Of a stretch of 64,000 nucleotides of DNA, positions 44,483-54,821 are shown piece by piece (position 1 is the first letter of the stretch; each line of letters starts with the position of its first letter). This stretch comes from an uncultured delta proteobacterium. Its GTDB lineage: Bacteria > Desulfobacterota > Binatia > UBA9968. The DNA is taken from the NCBI GenBank assembly GCA_963771465.1, contig CAVYTU010000015.1, forward strand, positions 704,001 through 768,000, in the 5' to 3' direction. The notes below the pieces were generated by a model that was given only the letters and a program-made list of their open reading frames with translations, was not told the origin of the DNA and made no database searches. The position numbers and the translations under genes are program-made.

Positions 44483-45559
44483 TTACATCTCACGCGCCGC
44501 CGGCATCACTGCCTCAGCGCACAATCGCATGGACTGCAACACCTTGTCCTGCGACAAGCTACCCGAAGCGATGTTGAGCATGAGCTGCTCGGGATGCATC
44601 GCGTCGACGTAGAATTTTAGCTTTGCGAGGCACTCTTCCGGCGTGCCCCAAACCGCCATGACGTTGGGGCCTTCCGTCTCAACGGCTTGGCGGGCTTTTT
44701 CCGGCGTGCAGAGTTTTTCAAAAGCTTCTCGCGACGTGCTCTTGGTGGTGTAGGTTTGAATCTGTTCAGCTTGTACCGGCCGGCTCAGCCGGCCGCGCAG
44801 AAACACCTCGGCCTGGCTCGACAGCGCAAGCGCGCCGTTCGCGGTCGCTTCTTCGCGGTCGCGCGCGACATGCAGGTGAATGCCGAGCACGACGTCGCTG
44901 TTCCTGCCAGTCGGCAAGTTCTTTCGATACGTCTCGGTCAAGCCGCGCACGAGGTCGAACGGAATACCGAGATATCCAGGCTGAACTAGACCTTGGCCGA
45001 CTCGACCGGCGAAGCTGGCGCTGTCCGGCGTCGTCGCCGCAGCGGTGTAAATCGGCGGATGCGGCTCTTGCACCGGTGGCGGGCTGAGTTTGAAATCGCG
45101 TATCTGCCAGAATTTGCCGTCGAGCTTCTCAATGTAATCGCCTTTAAAACACTCGACGAGCATGCCAATGCCTTCTTCGAAGCGCGCACTGCTCTCGGCG
45201 GGATTGACGTTCATGCGATTGATCACCCAGGGATGGCCGCGGCCGATGCCGAGCATGATCCGTCCCTCGGTGAGCAAGTCCGCCGCCGCGACTTGGCTCG
45301 CCAACATCGCCGGATGATGGATGGGCATGCTGATGATACCGGTGAGAAAGCGAATGCGCCGCGCCCGCTGCGCCGCGGCAACATATAAACCCAAGGGAAA
45401 CGGCGAGCAGGAAAATAAATCCTTGCCGTAGCTCTCCGTGATCGAGAAAAAATCATAACCAAGCTCATCGGCGACCGCGATCTGCTCCAGCACATCGGCA
45501 TAAGTCTGCTGCTCCGACTTTCCGGGATAAGAGAATTCGGTAAATAATCCAATCTTCAT
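44483..45559 (-). CDS. LLM-class flavin-dependent oxidoreductase
   Basis: ADELGYD, HHPAMLASQVAAADLLTEGRIMLGIGRG, PVQEPHPPIY, WGTPEEC. Confidence 0.92.
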   Translation of the reverse strand: MKIGLFTEFSYPGKSEQQTYADVLEQIAVADELGYDFFSITESYGKDLFSCSPFPLGLYVAAAQRARRIRFLTGIISMPIHHPAMLASQVAAADLLTEGRIMLGIGRGHPWVINRMNVNPAESSARFEEGIGMLVECFKGDYIEKLDGKFWQIRDFKLSPPPVQEPHPPIYTAAATTPDSASFAGRVGQGLVQPGYLGIPFDLVRGLTETYRKNLPTGRNSDVVLGIHLHVARDREEATANGALALSSQAEVFLRGRLSRPVQAEQIQTYTTKSTSREAFEKLCTPEKARQAVETEGPNVMAVWGTPEECLAKLKFYVDAMHPEQLMLNIASGSLSQDKVLQSMRLCAEAVMPAAREM

Positions 45560-45563
45560 GTTC

Positions 45564-45608
45564 GCAACGGTTTGAACTGCTTGAACGAGTTGAACATTTT
45601 GAACTGCG
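45564..45608 (+). repeat. 9-bp tandem array (5 units)
   Basis: GCAACGGTT TGAACTGCT TGAACGAGT TGAACATTT TGAACTGCG. Confidence 0.8.
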
Positions 45609-45610
45609 GC

Positions 45611-46564
45611 TTACGCGCCGATCACCATCGTCGTACCGACGCTGTTCGGCGTAAATGCTTGGGGAAATTCCTGCGCGATCAGATGCGTTGCCTTCCAGCC
45701 GGTGCAATGCTGCGGCACGATGATGCTGGGATTGAATTCCTTCAATGCTTGCACGGTCGGTTGAATGATCGGCTCGAAAATCGGTCCTGTGAGATGGAAG
45801 CCGCCGATGACCGCGTGGAGTTGGTTCACACCAGTCATTTCCCGCGCGCATTTCAAAGTATTCACCACACCCGCATGGCCACAGCCGGTCAGCACCACGA
45901 GTCCTTTGCCCGTCACATTCATCACGATCGCCTGATCGTCGTGAATCCACGGATCGGGCTGCCACTTGCCATCGATCAGCGCGACTTGATTGGGACTGCC
46001 TTTTTCGAACGGCGTCGTGCGCGGAATCTGTCCAGTCACCAGCGCGTGCTCGCCGATCAGCATCGTCGGCCCGCACTCCTCGATAATCTCGACATCTTCG
46101 GCTTCGAGATCTTTCTTGCTAGGCGGAATATGCTCCGACTCGTGGCCGTCGCCTTGGATATTCTTACGCTTCAGGTACGCATCGGGGTGCAGCACGATCG
46201 GCACTCGCGGTCGACCAAAGCGTTTGATGAAACCGATCAAACCGCGCGTGTGATCGGTGTGGCCATGGCTTAAAACCACGGCATGTAATTCGTTGCCTTT
46301 GACCTCCAGCACATCCATGTTGTGCAGCACGCCGTCGACGGTGACACCGGTGTCGAAGAGAAAGGAATCCTTGTTGCCGCTGGAATACGTCGTCACCAAC
46401 ATCGACACGCCATGCTCGGCGCGCAACTGCGGCCGGCTGTGCGCGTCGCTGGCACGTTTATGACGCTTGGCGATGGGCGTGTTGCCCATCAGCACATCGA
46501 TGGAGTTGTCCATCACGCTGAGGATTTCCACGCGGTCGACGGGTTTCAGCGGCACCATCGCCAT
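45611..46564 (-). CDS. MBL-fold metallo-hydrolase (AEHG/GCGHAG subgroup)
   Basis: RAEHGVS, LFDTG, SHGHTDH, DDQA, TGCGHAG, GGFHL, PQHCTG. Confidence 0.92.
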   Translation of the reverse strand: MAMVPLKPVDRVEILSVMDNSIDVLMGNTPIAKRHKRASDAHSRPQLRAEHGVSMLVTTYSSGNKDSFLFDTGVTVDGVLHNMDVLEVKGNELHAVVLSHGHTDHTRGLIGFIKRFGRPRVPIVLHPDAYLKRKNIQGDGHESEHIPPSKKDLEAEDVEIIEECGPTMLIGEHALVTGQIPRTTPFEKGSPNQVALIDGKWQPDPWIHDDQAIVMNVTGKGLVVLTGCGHAGVVNTLKCAREMTGVNQLHAVIGGFHLTGPIFEPIIQPTVQALKEFNPSIIVPQHCTGWKATHLIAQEFPQAFTPNSVGTTMVIGA

Positions 46565-46572
46565 TTCGTCTC

Positions 46573-47409
46573 CTATTTCACTTCGTAGAGAAATGGTTTC
46601 TTGAGCATCCAGTTTACGATCTGTTCCACGGTCTCCGATTCCTTGCCGAGAAAGCCATGCTGACTGCGCGCGTCGCAAGGCCCCGACTGCGGCGGCGGCC
46701 CGCCCCACACGGTGATCAGCGGATATTTTTCCGATAGCCGAGCGGCATCACCGTAGGGCGTGAAGCGGCATTGATCGCTGACATGGTGTGCGAATAGAAG
46801 CGGAATGGGAATCGTCGCGAAGTCGAATCGGCTAAGTCCGGGGCCGGGCTCTTTGCTGTTTCGCCCAACCTCGCGAAATATCGATCGCTGTGAGCACAGA
46901 CGCCAGCGATATTCGTTCCGGAAACGCGCGCCGAGCGCAGCCGCTGAGATCGTTCCACGGCTCGTTCCGATCAGGAAAACACCGCAGACGCCGGGAAGCG
47001 CTTGTTGAGATCAGCAACGACCGCACTAATGTCCGTGAAATGATCGCCGCCAAGCCGGAATTCGTCCGTCATACCCCAGCCGCCTTGCTGATCCGACGGC
47101 GCGTCGATGATCGCCGCGATCAACATCGCTCTTGATGAACTCGCTGCGGCTGCGGACCAGAAAGTTACCTCCAGCGAATTTGACCTGGCCGCCCTCGTTG
47201 CGCAATTGAATCGTACCGCCAGAGCCAGCAAACAAAACCGCGATCGCTTGCAGCTGTTTCGCGGCGCTCGGTCAGAAAATAGGACTGCGTGACTTGGGCC
47301 GGGTCGGCAACATGACGATCTCCTGCGCGTAAGCGGAACATGCGCCAACAGTGAGTGGCAACACACGGTGCAAGGATCGCTTGCCGACGGCATGTGTCAA
47401 GTCACACAT
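46573..47409 (-). pseudogene. Secreted alpha/beta hydrolase, multiply frameshifted
   Basis: Pieces in different frames: AQEIVMLPTRP / LFAGSGG..GNFLVRSR / IDAPSDQ..FR / GTSRGTISAA / PLLFAHHVSDQC...SGPCDARSQHGFLGKE...YEVK*. Confidence 0.7.
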
Positions 47410-47411
47410 CG

Positions 47412-48323
47412 TTACTTCTTCACCGCCTTGTACGCCGCGTCGATGTAGAGACCTAAACGGTCCTGGCCACTGCCAGTCGGCGTACTCTGGCATCTTAAGT
47501 TCTGTCTTGATCTCGGCGAGAGATTTCCCCTGTGCCGCCATCTCGCCCACCCGTTTGAGCAGCAAGGTGTAAAATCCTTCGTACTCGTCGAAGGTTTTCG
47601 TCGTGGTTACAGGACCATGGCCGGTAACAACAATTTCCGGGTTCAATGCTTTCATTAGCTTATAGCTGGCGAGCACGTCAGCGATCACAACCGACGGCCG
47701 AAGATTTAGAATCCCTCTTACGTATAGCCGCCGACGCCGCGAACAGCACGCGCTCTTTCGGCATCCATATGGCTGTGTCGGCAATCGCTGTGGACATTCT
47801 TCAAATAGATCAATTCGAAAGTCCGCTCGCCGAGATTGATCGTCATCCGGTCCTTGTACTCGATATGCGGCACGATCAGTCTCTCGCCCTTGACCGCTTC
47901 ACGCAATTCGGCAGACTTCATTGCGAGAGTTTCGGCGCGTTTGGGATTGTACTCCTTTCGCATTGCTGCTCCCGCTCCAGTGTGATTGATGACCGTCGCC
48001 GGCGGCGAAAAGACGTAGTGGTTGGCGGTGTGATCGCCATGGGTCTCGGTGTCGATGAGAAATACAATCGGCTTATCGGTGACTTTTTTGATCGCCGCCA
48101 ACATGTTGCGAGAATGGATCGGGCTACTGCAGCTATCGATCATCACGACGCCTTCCTGAGTGACAATAAAGCTGCACGTCGTCGTGGTCGCGTCCGGTGC
48201 GAAGACATAGATGCCGTCTTTTACCTTGGTGAAACCCGGTCCAAGATCCTGCGCCGAGGCGGAGAACACCAAACCTAAGCATAGCAACGTAAAAAGATAG
48301 GCTAGCTTGAAATGGTTTTTCAT
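47412..48323 (-). pseudogene. Secreted MBL-fold (cyclase-like) protein, frameshifted at ~47790, ~47720 and ~47470
   Basis: Signal peptide, EGVVMIDS, TETHGDH (first His of THxHxDH replaced by Glu), NVHS, VVTGHG, YKAVKK*. Confidence 0.75.
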
Positions 48324-48497
48324 GGTTTTCTCCTTTGGAAATTATTTAATGTCCAGCAGGCTACGCGAAACTCCGCTAAATCGTCAAGCGGCTGCTGACA
48401 AAGGATTTGACCGCTAGCAAGACTTTGTACTAAGACTCCGGCTGCACTCTCACTGGAACGATTCCGAGCGGACCGTTGAAACCGTAGGAGGCGAACG

Positions 48498-49526
48498 ATG
48501 AAGAGTATATTTGCCGCGCTGTTGTGGCTATTGGTCGGTATTGGACCAGCGCTCGCCCAGACGCCATACTTTCAAGGGAAAACAATTCGTATCGTCACCG
48601 GCTACCCTGCTGGCGACGTGAACGACATGTGGCCACGGCTGATCACGCAACACATGGGCAAATACATTCCCGGTAATCCGATTTTCATCGTGCAGAATAT
48701 GCCGGGGGCGAGCTCGATGATCGCCGCCAACTACGTCGCCAGCGTGGCCAAGCCCGACGGGCTGACGCTCGGCTGGATCGCGCCCACGCTTTACTTCGAC
48801 CAACTGGTCGGGCGCAAAGAAGTCCAATACGATTGGGCGAAATACACATTCATCGGCTCGCCGTCGCCGAGCGATCATTTGCTCTACATGCGTGCCGATT
48901 CGCCCTATCAAAATATCGAAGATATCCGGCGCCATGCGGAGCCGCCCAAATGCGGTTCCGGCGGCGCCGCCGGCACGGGCTTTTATTTGCCGAAGTTGCT
49001 CGACGAAACCCTCGGCACCAAGTTCAACATCGTCTTAGGTTACCAAGGCGGCGGGCCCATCGACCTGGCGGTGGAAAAAGGTGAAATCCATTGCCGCGCC
49101 ATGACGATCGAATCATTCTTCGCGCGGGAGCCATTTCACACCTGGCGCAAAAACAATTTTGTCAAAATTCTGGTTCAGTCTTCAAAGAAGCGCGATAGCC
49201 GGTTGCCGGACACGCCGTCGATCCACGAGCTGATGGATCAGTACAAGACTCCCGAACAATCCCGTCGAGTCGCGACAGTGATTCTCGCCGGCGGCGCCTT
49301 TGGCCGTCCGCTGGTCGGTCCCGGCGGTGTGCCAGCGGATCGCCTAAAACTATTGCAAAGCGCGTTTCTCAGCGCGCTGAGAGACCCGGCGCTGAAATCT
49401 GAAGCCGAGAAACGCGGCTACGAGTGGGACCCGGTGAGCGGTCAGGAGCTGGGGAAATTGGCCAAGGAGGTGATGTCGCAACCGCCGGCGGTGATTGAGC
49501 GAATGAAAAAAGTTCTCGGTCAATGA
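48498..49526 (+). CDS. Bug/TctC substrate-binding protein
   Basis: PYFQGKTIRIV, VQNMPGAS, AKPDGLT, GYQGG, FGRPLVGP. Confidence 0.92.
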   Translation: MKSIFAALLWLLVGIGPALAQTPYFQGKTIRIVTGYPAGDVNDMWPRLITQHMGKYIPGNPIFIVQNMPGASSMIAANYVASVAKPDGLTLGWIAPTLYFDQLVGRKEVQYDWAKYTFIGSPSPSDHLLYMRADSPYQNIEDIRRHAEPPKCGSGGAAGTGFYLPKLLDETLGTKFNIVLGYQGGGPIDLAVEKGEIHCRAMTIESFFAREPFHTWRKNNFVKILVQSSKKRDSRLPDTPSIHELMDQYKTPEQSRRVATVILAGGAFGRPLVGPGGVPADRLKLLQSAFLSALRDPALKSEAEKRGYEWDPVSGQELGKLAKEVMSQPPAVIERMKKVLGQ

Positions 49527-49547
49527 GCCGATTAAACTCGGCACAAC

Positions 49548-50336
49548 TCAGGATTCCATAAATCCATGCTTTTTGAGAAATGCGAACACGTGCGCATCGA
49601 AGGTCGCCGGATCTTCGAGACAGCAGGCATGGCCCGCGCCGGCGATCGTTCGATGCTCGGCGCCGGCGATGCGTGTGCTCATGTCTTGGCTGCGTTTTAA
49701 AGAATTGTCGAACTCGCCGTTCATGATCAGCACCGGCATTTTTAGCTCAGTTAAACGTGCGGTCAGGTCACGGTGCTGCAGCGCGTTAAAGATCTCGGCG
49801 ATCGCCGGCGCGTTCAAGCGCGAATCCATTTCGGTGTGCATGCCGAGCAAGTATTTGCCCAAAGGCGATTGCGCAAATTCCTTGCTGACCAGATCGGTCA
49901 AGTGCTGGATGTGAAACTTCTCGACGCCTTGTTGCATGTAGCCGTCGATGCGGCTCTGATAACGGTTGCCGGGCATGCTGCTGCAACCGACTAGAATCAG
50001 CGCCTTGAAAATCTCCGGATGATCGAGTCCCAGTTGCAGTCCCATTACACCGCCGACGCTGACGCCGGCAAAGATCGCTTCGCGTGCGCCTTCCTGGCGG
50101 CACACGGCAACAACGTCCTCGCACAGATCCGCCACGGTAATCGGCATCGCCGGCTTGTCCGAGTAACCGTAAGCGCGCAGATCGATGTTGATGACTTTGA
50201 AGTAAGTCGAAAAATGCGCCGCTTGATAGACGAACATGCGCCGGTCAAACGGATTGGCGTGCATCAAGACAAAGGGAAATCCTTCGCCGGACACTTCGTA
50301 ATAAGTCTTAACGCCGTTCCTGGTGCTGTAGGGCAT
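49548..50336 (-). CDS. Alpha/beta fold hydrolase
   Basis: YYEVSGEG, DLRAYGYSD, GVSVGG, GEFD, GAGHACCLE. Confidence 0.92.
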   Translation of the reverse strand: MPYSTRNGVKTYYEVSGEGFPFVLMHANPFDRRMFVYQAAHFSTYFKVINIDLRAYGYSDKPAMPITVADLCEDVVAVCRQEGAREAIFAGVSVGGVMGLQLGLDHPEIFKALILVGCSSMPGNRYQSRIDGYMQQGVEKFHIQHLTDLVSKEFAQSPLGKYLLGMHTEMDSRLNAPAIAEIFNALQHRDLTARLTELKMPVLIMNGEFDNSLKRSQDMSTRIAGAEHRTIAGAGHACCLEDPATFDAHVFAFLKKHGFMES

Positions 50337-50368
50337 GTGAGCTACGTGGATTAATGAAAAATTCTATC

Positions 50369-50447
50369 TCACCACGAAGGCACGAAGGACACGAAGTGTT
50401 TGGAAAATTTTATCCTTTATCTTCGTGCCTTCGTGCCCTCGTGGTGA
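50369..50447. repeat. Inverted pair of CACGAAG tandem repeats
   Basis: TCACCACGAAGGCACGAAGGACACGAAG ... CTTCGTGCCTTCGTGCCCTCGTGGTGA. Confidence 0.8.
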
Positions 50448-50477
50448 AAATTAACCGTTCGCATTCACCGGTTATGT

Positions 50478-51305
50478 TCAATCATTGGCGTGCGCCGCGA
50501 ACGTCGCCGAGTCTTCGTTGGTAATTTGCAAACGGAAGCCGCTCGGTTCTCTGAAGTAAGTGCCCAATTGGTCATTGCGGCGTCCCTCGCGCTCGCCATG
50601 ATCGTCGCGCTCTTCGATGCCTGCCGCGTGGAGCTTGTCGACGATGGCGCGGAAATTCTCATTGGTGACGTTGAACGCAAAGTGGCGGCCGCGCCAAGTC
50701 GCCTTGGTCACATCGCTGAGCTCGCTCACCTGATTGAGAATCACGCATTGTCCCGAGGGCAAGGTGAGCGTTGCCATGCCGCTCTTCGGTTCCTGCACGG
50801 TGCAATTGAGAAATTTCCGATAGAATTCTGCGCTCGCTTTCAGATCGGTGGAGTCGAAGTGCAGATGATGCAGCCGAGTTTTGGCGATGCCGTTGGCTGG
50901 GGTGATCTCGACGAAGTTGCCTTCGGAATCTTGGAAGACCAGACCTTCATTCCAGCAGCAACCCAAAGAGTCCTCGCTCTGAATGTCGCGCACGAACGGG
51001 CTCGCGGCGCGTATTTTCGCCGCCATAGATTCGTATTCGCCCGCCGGCACCTGAAAGGAATGACGCGGAAACGAGTTGGCGCTCTCTCGTTTCGGCAGGA
51101 CGTTCTTACCTTGAGAAAATAAGCCGACATGGTTCTCGCCAAGCTTCATGAAAATGCGCGTCATATTCGGCTCGTTTTGACTCTTCAATGTCCGCGCGCC
51201 CATGACCTCGGTGTAAAATTTTTCGGCCCGGTCCGGCTGCATCACCGCAATGACAAAATGATCCAAGTGATGCACATCGCCATTTGCTTTTGTATGATCG
51301 CCCAT
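50478..51305 (-). CDS. VOC/glyoxalase family protein, two domains
   Basis: LDHFVI..FYTEVMG, FQDSEGNFVEI, LHHLHF, HFAF, YFREPSG. Confidence 0.88.
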   Translation of the reverse strand: MGDHTKANGDVHHLDHFVIAVMQPDRAEKFYTEVMGARTLKSQNEPNMTRIFMKLGENHVGLFSQGKNVLPKRESANSFPRHSFQVPAGEYESMAAKIRAASPFVRDIQSEDSLGCCWNEGLVFQDSEGNFVEITPANGIAKTRLHHLHFDSTDLKASAEFYRKFLNCTVQEPKSGMATLTLPSGQCVILNQVSELSDVTKATWRGRHFAFNVTNENFRAIVDKLHAAGIEERDDHGEREGRRNDQLGTYFREPSGFRLQITNEDSATFAAHAND

Positions 51306-51327
51306 AACTCTGACTCCTTTCTCTCGA

Positions 51328-52425
51328 CTATTTATGATCCAAATCTCCTTGCGTTGCGGTTTCGGGAAACACAACGATCTTTTCCTTGGGTAAATGGACT
51401 ACAATCGCGCCCGCGGGCTTGGCATCGTCAGGCAGCGTCTTCGCCAGCAACCGTTTGTCTTTGATCTTCACCTCGGAGGTCGCTTGATCGCCAAGAAACG
51501 TTGTCGAAAGCACCGTTGCCGCAAACCGATTCTCCATGTCGACCGCGGCCGGGACCAACTTTACGTCTTCCGGGCGCACACCGACGACGACATTTCCTTC
51601 ATACTGCCGCGAGGCCTGGATGACAAGTGTACCGATCTCGGTCTCGACCCGACCGCCGGCGAGGGTTTGCCCGCGTAGCCAGTTTATCGAACCAAAGAAC
51701 TCGGCGACCAGCGCATTGGCCGGAGCGCGGTATAGTTCGAAGGGATTACCGATCTGGAGAATCTCACCCTGCGCCATGACCGCGATACGATCGGCGAGCA
51801 CCATCGCCTCGACTTGATCGTGGGTCACGTAGAGCACGGTAATGCCCAATTGGCTGGTCAACTTCTTGATGTTCGTGCGCACTTCTTCCCGGAGCCGCGC
51901 ATCGAGATTACTCAATGGCTCGTCCATTAGCAGGAGTGCGGGATTCACCGCCAATGCCCGCGCCAGCGCGACCCGTTGCTGCTGTCCACCGCTAAGTAAA
52001 CGCGCCGGGCGGCTCTCGAAGTCGTCCAATTGGACCAAACTGAGCGCGTGGCGAATCCTCGCGTGCGCCTCGCTCTTGGGCAGACGGAAACGGCCGTGGG
52101 TCAATACCAAGCCAATATTTTCCGCGACGGTGAGATGCGGCCAGATCGCGTAGGATTGAAACACCATGCCGATGCCGCGCGCTTCGGGCGGTTCGGCGAT
52201 CCGTCTGCGGCTGGAAAACATGACTTTGCCGTTGAGCGAAATTTCGCCGGCGTCCGGTTTTTCCAGACCGGCGACGCTGCGCAAAAGCGTGGTTTTACCC
52301 GAGCCGCTCGGTCCGAGCAACACGAAGAACTCGCCTTTGCTCACTTCGAGATCGATACCCTGGAGCGCCGCCACGACGCGATCGCCGGAGTGAAATTTTT
52401 TGCGTAAGCCGACGATCGAAATCAT
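51328..52425 (-). CDS. ABC transporter ATP-binding protein (FbpC/PotA-like)
   Basis: GPSGSGKTT, VFQSYAIWPHL, LSGGQQQRVALARAL, DEPLSNLD. Confidence 0.95.
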   Translation of the reverse strand: MISIVGLRKKFHSGDRVVAALQGIDLEVSKGEFFVLLGPSGSGKTTLLRSVAGLEKPDAGEISLNGKVMFSSRRRIAEPPEARGIGMVFQSYAIWPHLTVAENIGLVLTHGRFRLPKSEAHARIRHALSLVQLDDFESRPARLLSGGQQQRVALARALAVNPALLLMDEPLSNLDARLREEVRTNIKKLTSQLGITVLYVTHDQVEAMVLADRIAVMAQGEILQIGNPFELYRAPANALVAEFFGSINWLRGQTLAGGRVETEIGTLVIQASRQYEGNVVVGVRPEDVKLVPAAVDMENRFAATVLSTTFLGDQATSEVKIKDKRLLAKTLPDDAKPAGAIVVHLPKEKIVVFPETATQGDLDHK

Positions 52426-54122
52426 CCGGCCTCCGTAAACCGCGTGCGCCGGCCAAAATAGAGATAGAGAATCACCACAGGCAGCATGAAGGCGAGGACA
52501 ACGAGATTGGCCGCTGCCGCTTGATTGAGACTACCGCCCAACCAAAGGCCCCAAACGATCATCGGCAACGTCACATTGCCCTGGCTCGTGACCAACACCG
52601 AAGCCATGGTCAGCTCGCGAAAGCACAACAGCGCCATCCACAGCCAGGCGTACACCAACGCGGGTCTTAGCAGCGGCAAAAGTATCTTTCGCATGACGTG
52701 GTAGAGCGGCAAGCCGCCGACAAACGCCGCTTCTTCCAGCTCGGGATGAATTTGTGCCAGCGAATTGTTGATGATGCGGGTTGCGAAACTGATGCGGCTG
52801 ATGGTGTAAACAAAGATAAGGATGGTCAGACTGCCATAGAGCGAAAAAACGCCGGGCAAGAGAAACAGCGCGGCGAACACCGCGGCGATGGCGAGAATCA
52901 GGTGCGGCACGGCGTGGGGCAGGAATGCGACGGCGTCGAAAGTGAGGCGCCACTTCAATCCCGATCGCAATACCGTCCAGGAGATCGCCAAGCAAACGAT
53001 CAAAGTCAACGTCGGCACCGCGATCATCAAGATAACTGTGTTCCAGGCGCCGTGCAGCAACAAATTCCACGGCAGGCCATAAAAATTTCTGAGCGACACC
53101 TGTTCCAGCGCGGCCCACGACGGCGGCTGAAAGAATCGCAGCAGCGATGCCCATAGGAGCAACAAAAACGGCAACAGCTTGGCGACGATGAAGTATGTGC
53201 CCAAGAATATCCAGGCCAACAGCCAACCCTGTTTGCCGAGCTCGATCAGCCGCGGCCGGTAGCCTTTGCCTGTGACAACGGCATAGCGATGAGAAAAACG
53301 CAGCGTGCGAAAATAGCCCCAACTCAATAACAGCGCCAAGACGACGAGAATGCTGCTCACCGCGCCGGCCATACCGTAACTCGGCAGCTCTTCCTGGGGC
53401 TGAATTTTGTAAAAGATAAACGTCGAAAAAGTGAAAATCTTATTCGACATACCGATAATCGCCGGCACTTCGAAGGCCGAAAGCCCGATGGTAAATATAT
53501 AAATCGACGCGGCGATGATTCCGGGGAACGTCAATGGCAGCGTCACGTAGCGAAGAGTGCAAAATATTCCCAAGCCGTGCACCCGCGCCGCTTCTTCCAG
53601 CGCCGGGTCCATGGTGCGGTAGGTCGCCACGATCATGATGAACGCGATGGACGATAAACCTAACCCTTCGACCCAACCCATGCCGAGCAGTGACGCGATG
53701 TTGAACGGCGGCTGCGCCAAGCCAAACCATTCCATCAGCAGTTTATTGACGATACCAATGCGGGGATGGAGCAGAAATACCCAGCCCATGGAGGTAAAAA
53801 ATGTCGGCACCAGTGCGCCGATGGTCATCAGCGCGAAGATCAAGTTCTTTCCCGGCAAGTCGGTGCGCTCGACCAACCATGCGATCGGCACCGCAAAGAG
53901 TAGTGAAATCAAGACTGTGGTCGACGCGAAACCGAGCGTGTTGAGCAGCGTACGATAGGTCGACGCATCGGTGAACAGCTCGCGATAGTGTTTGAGCGTG
54001 TAGACAACCGGCTCGCCCGGACTGCCCTGCCAAAACCCCATCCAAAAAACGATCAAAAGAAACGCGATCACCGGCACTAAGCCGATAGTGGCGATCGAGA
54101 CAAAAAGCCAGCGCCCTTTCAA
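52422..54122 (-). CDS. ABC transporter permease (FbpB-like)
   Basis: Two EAA motifs (DPALEEAARVHG, HPELEEAAFVGG); multiple TM segments. Confidence 0.93.
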   Translation of the reverse strand: MKGRWLFVSIATIGLVPVIAFLLIVFWMGFWQGSPGEPVVYTLKHYRELFTDASTYRTLLNTLGFASTTVLISLLFAVPIAWLVERTDLPGKNLIFALMTIGALVPTFFTSMGWVFLLHPRIGIVNKLLMEWFGLAQPPFNIASLLGMGWVEGLGLSSIAFIMIVATYRTMDPALEEAARVHGLGIFCTLRYVTLPLTFPGIIAASIYIFTIGLSAFEVPAIIGMSNKIFTFSTFIFYKIQPQEELPSYGMAGAVSSILVVLALLLSWGYFRTLRFSHRYAVVTGKGYRPRLIELGKQGWLLAWIFLGTYFIVAKLLPFLLLLWASLLRFFQPPSWAALEQVSLRNFYGLPWNLLLHGAWNTVILMIAVPTLTLIVCLAISWTVLRSGLKWRLTFDAVAFLPHAVPHLILAIAAVFAALFLLPGVFSLYGSLTILIFVYTISRISFATRIINNSLAQIHPELEEAAFVGGLPLYHVMRKILLPLLRPALVYAWLWMALLCFRELTMASVLVTSQGNVTLPMIVWGLWLGGSLNQAAAANLVVLAFMLPVVILYLYFGRRTRFTEAG

Positions 54123-54172
54123 CGGGAATTACCTGCCGAAAAAAAGCATCTGAAGCATCACGGCGTGAGACT

Positions 54173-54586
54173 CTAGGCGCGATAGATTTCCGACTCGGGC
54201 GGTATCTCCATCAGCTCGATGCTGTTGCCGTCCGGGTCTGAGATAAACGCGATGCGCTGCTTGGCGCGGCCGATAAATTTTCGTTCCGGCGTCACGCTCA
54301 GCGTCGCCAGGTGCGCCAGCGCCTGTTCCAGGTTATCGATCACCAGGCAAAAATGAATGTAGCCGATCGGGTCCGGCGGCGATGGCAGGATATTTTTCCC
54401 GCCGGGAAAAAGCTCGACGCACTGTCCTTTGGCGAACTCCAAGAACATCAGCTCCGGACGATCGCCGCTTGGAGCGACGCGATAGATCACTTTCGCGCCG
54501 AAGGCGTCGCCGTACCAACGAATACTTTTTTCTACATCGGCGACTTTGAAAGCCACGTGGCCAAATCGAACCCCGTCAATCGCCAT
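54173..54586 (-). CDS. VOC/glyoxalase I family protein
   Basis: GHVAFKVADVEKSIRWY, HFCL, FISDPDGNSIELME. Confidence 0.92.
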   Translation of the reverse strand: MAIDGVRFGHVAFKVADVEKSIRWYGDAFGAKVIYRVAPSGDRPELMFLEFAKGQCVELFPGGKNILPSPPDPIGYIHFCLVIDNLEQALAHLATLSVTPERKFIGRAKQRIAFISDPDGNSIELMEIPPESEIYRA

Positions 54587-54821
54587 ATGAATTCTCCACT
54601 TCTATTAGCATTCTTATGCAATCAGTCTTGCGCCAAAAGTTTCCATTCGGTGGCGCCGTCCGCCCATCTTGAGATGCCGAATTGGCACCTCAAGTCATGG
54701 ACTGTGATTTACTTTACAGCCATAGGGTCCGGCGATCTTAAGCAATAAAGCCACCAAACGGCAAGACCAAAACGGTCTGCGTGGTCGGTTAAGAATTGGC
54801 GGACGGTCGTGCTAGGGTTTT

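Noticed and set aside
22902-45608. CRISPR arrays at the 9-mer or 7-mer repeat sites
   Set aside because: Units are 7-9 bp with no spacers, and no cas genes are present.
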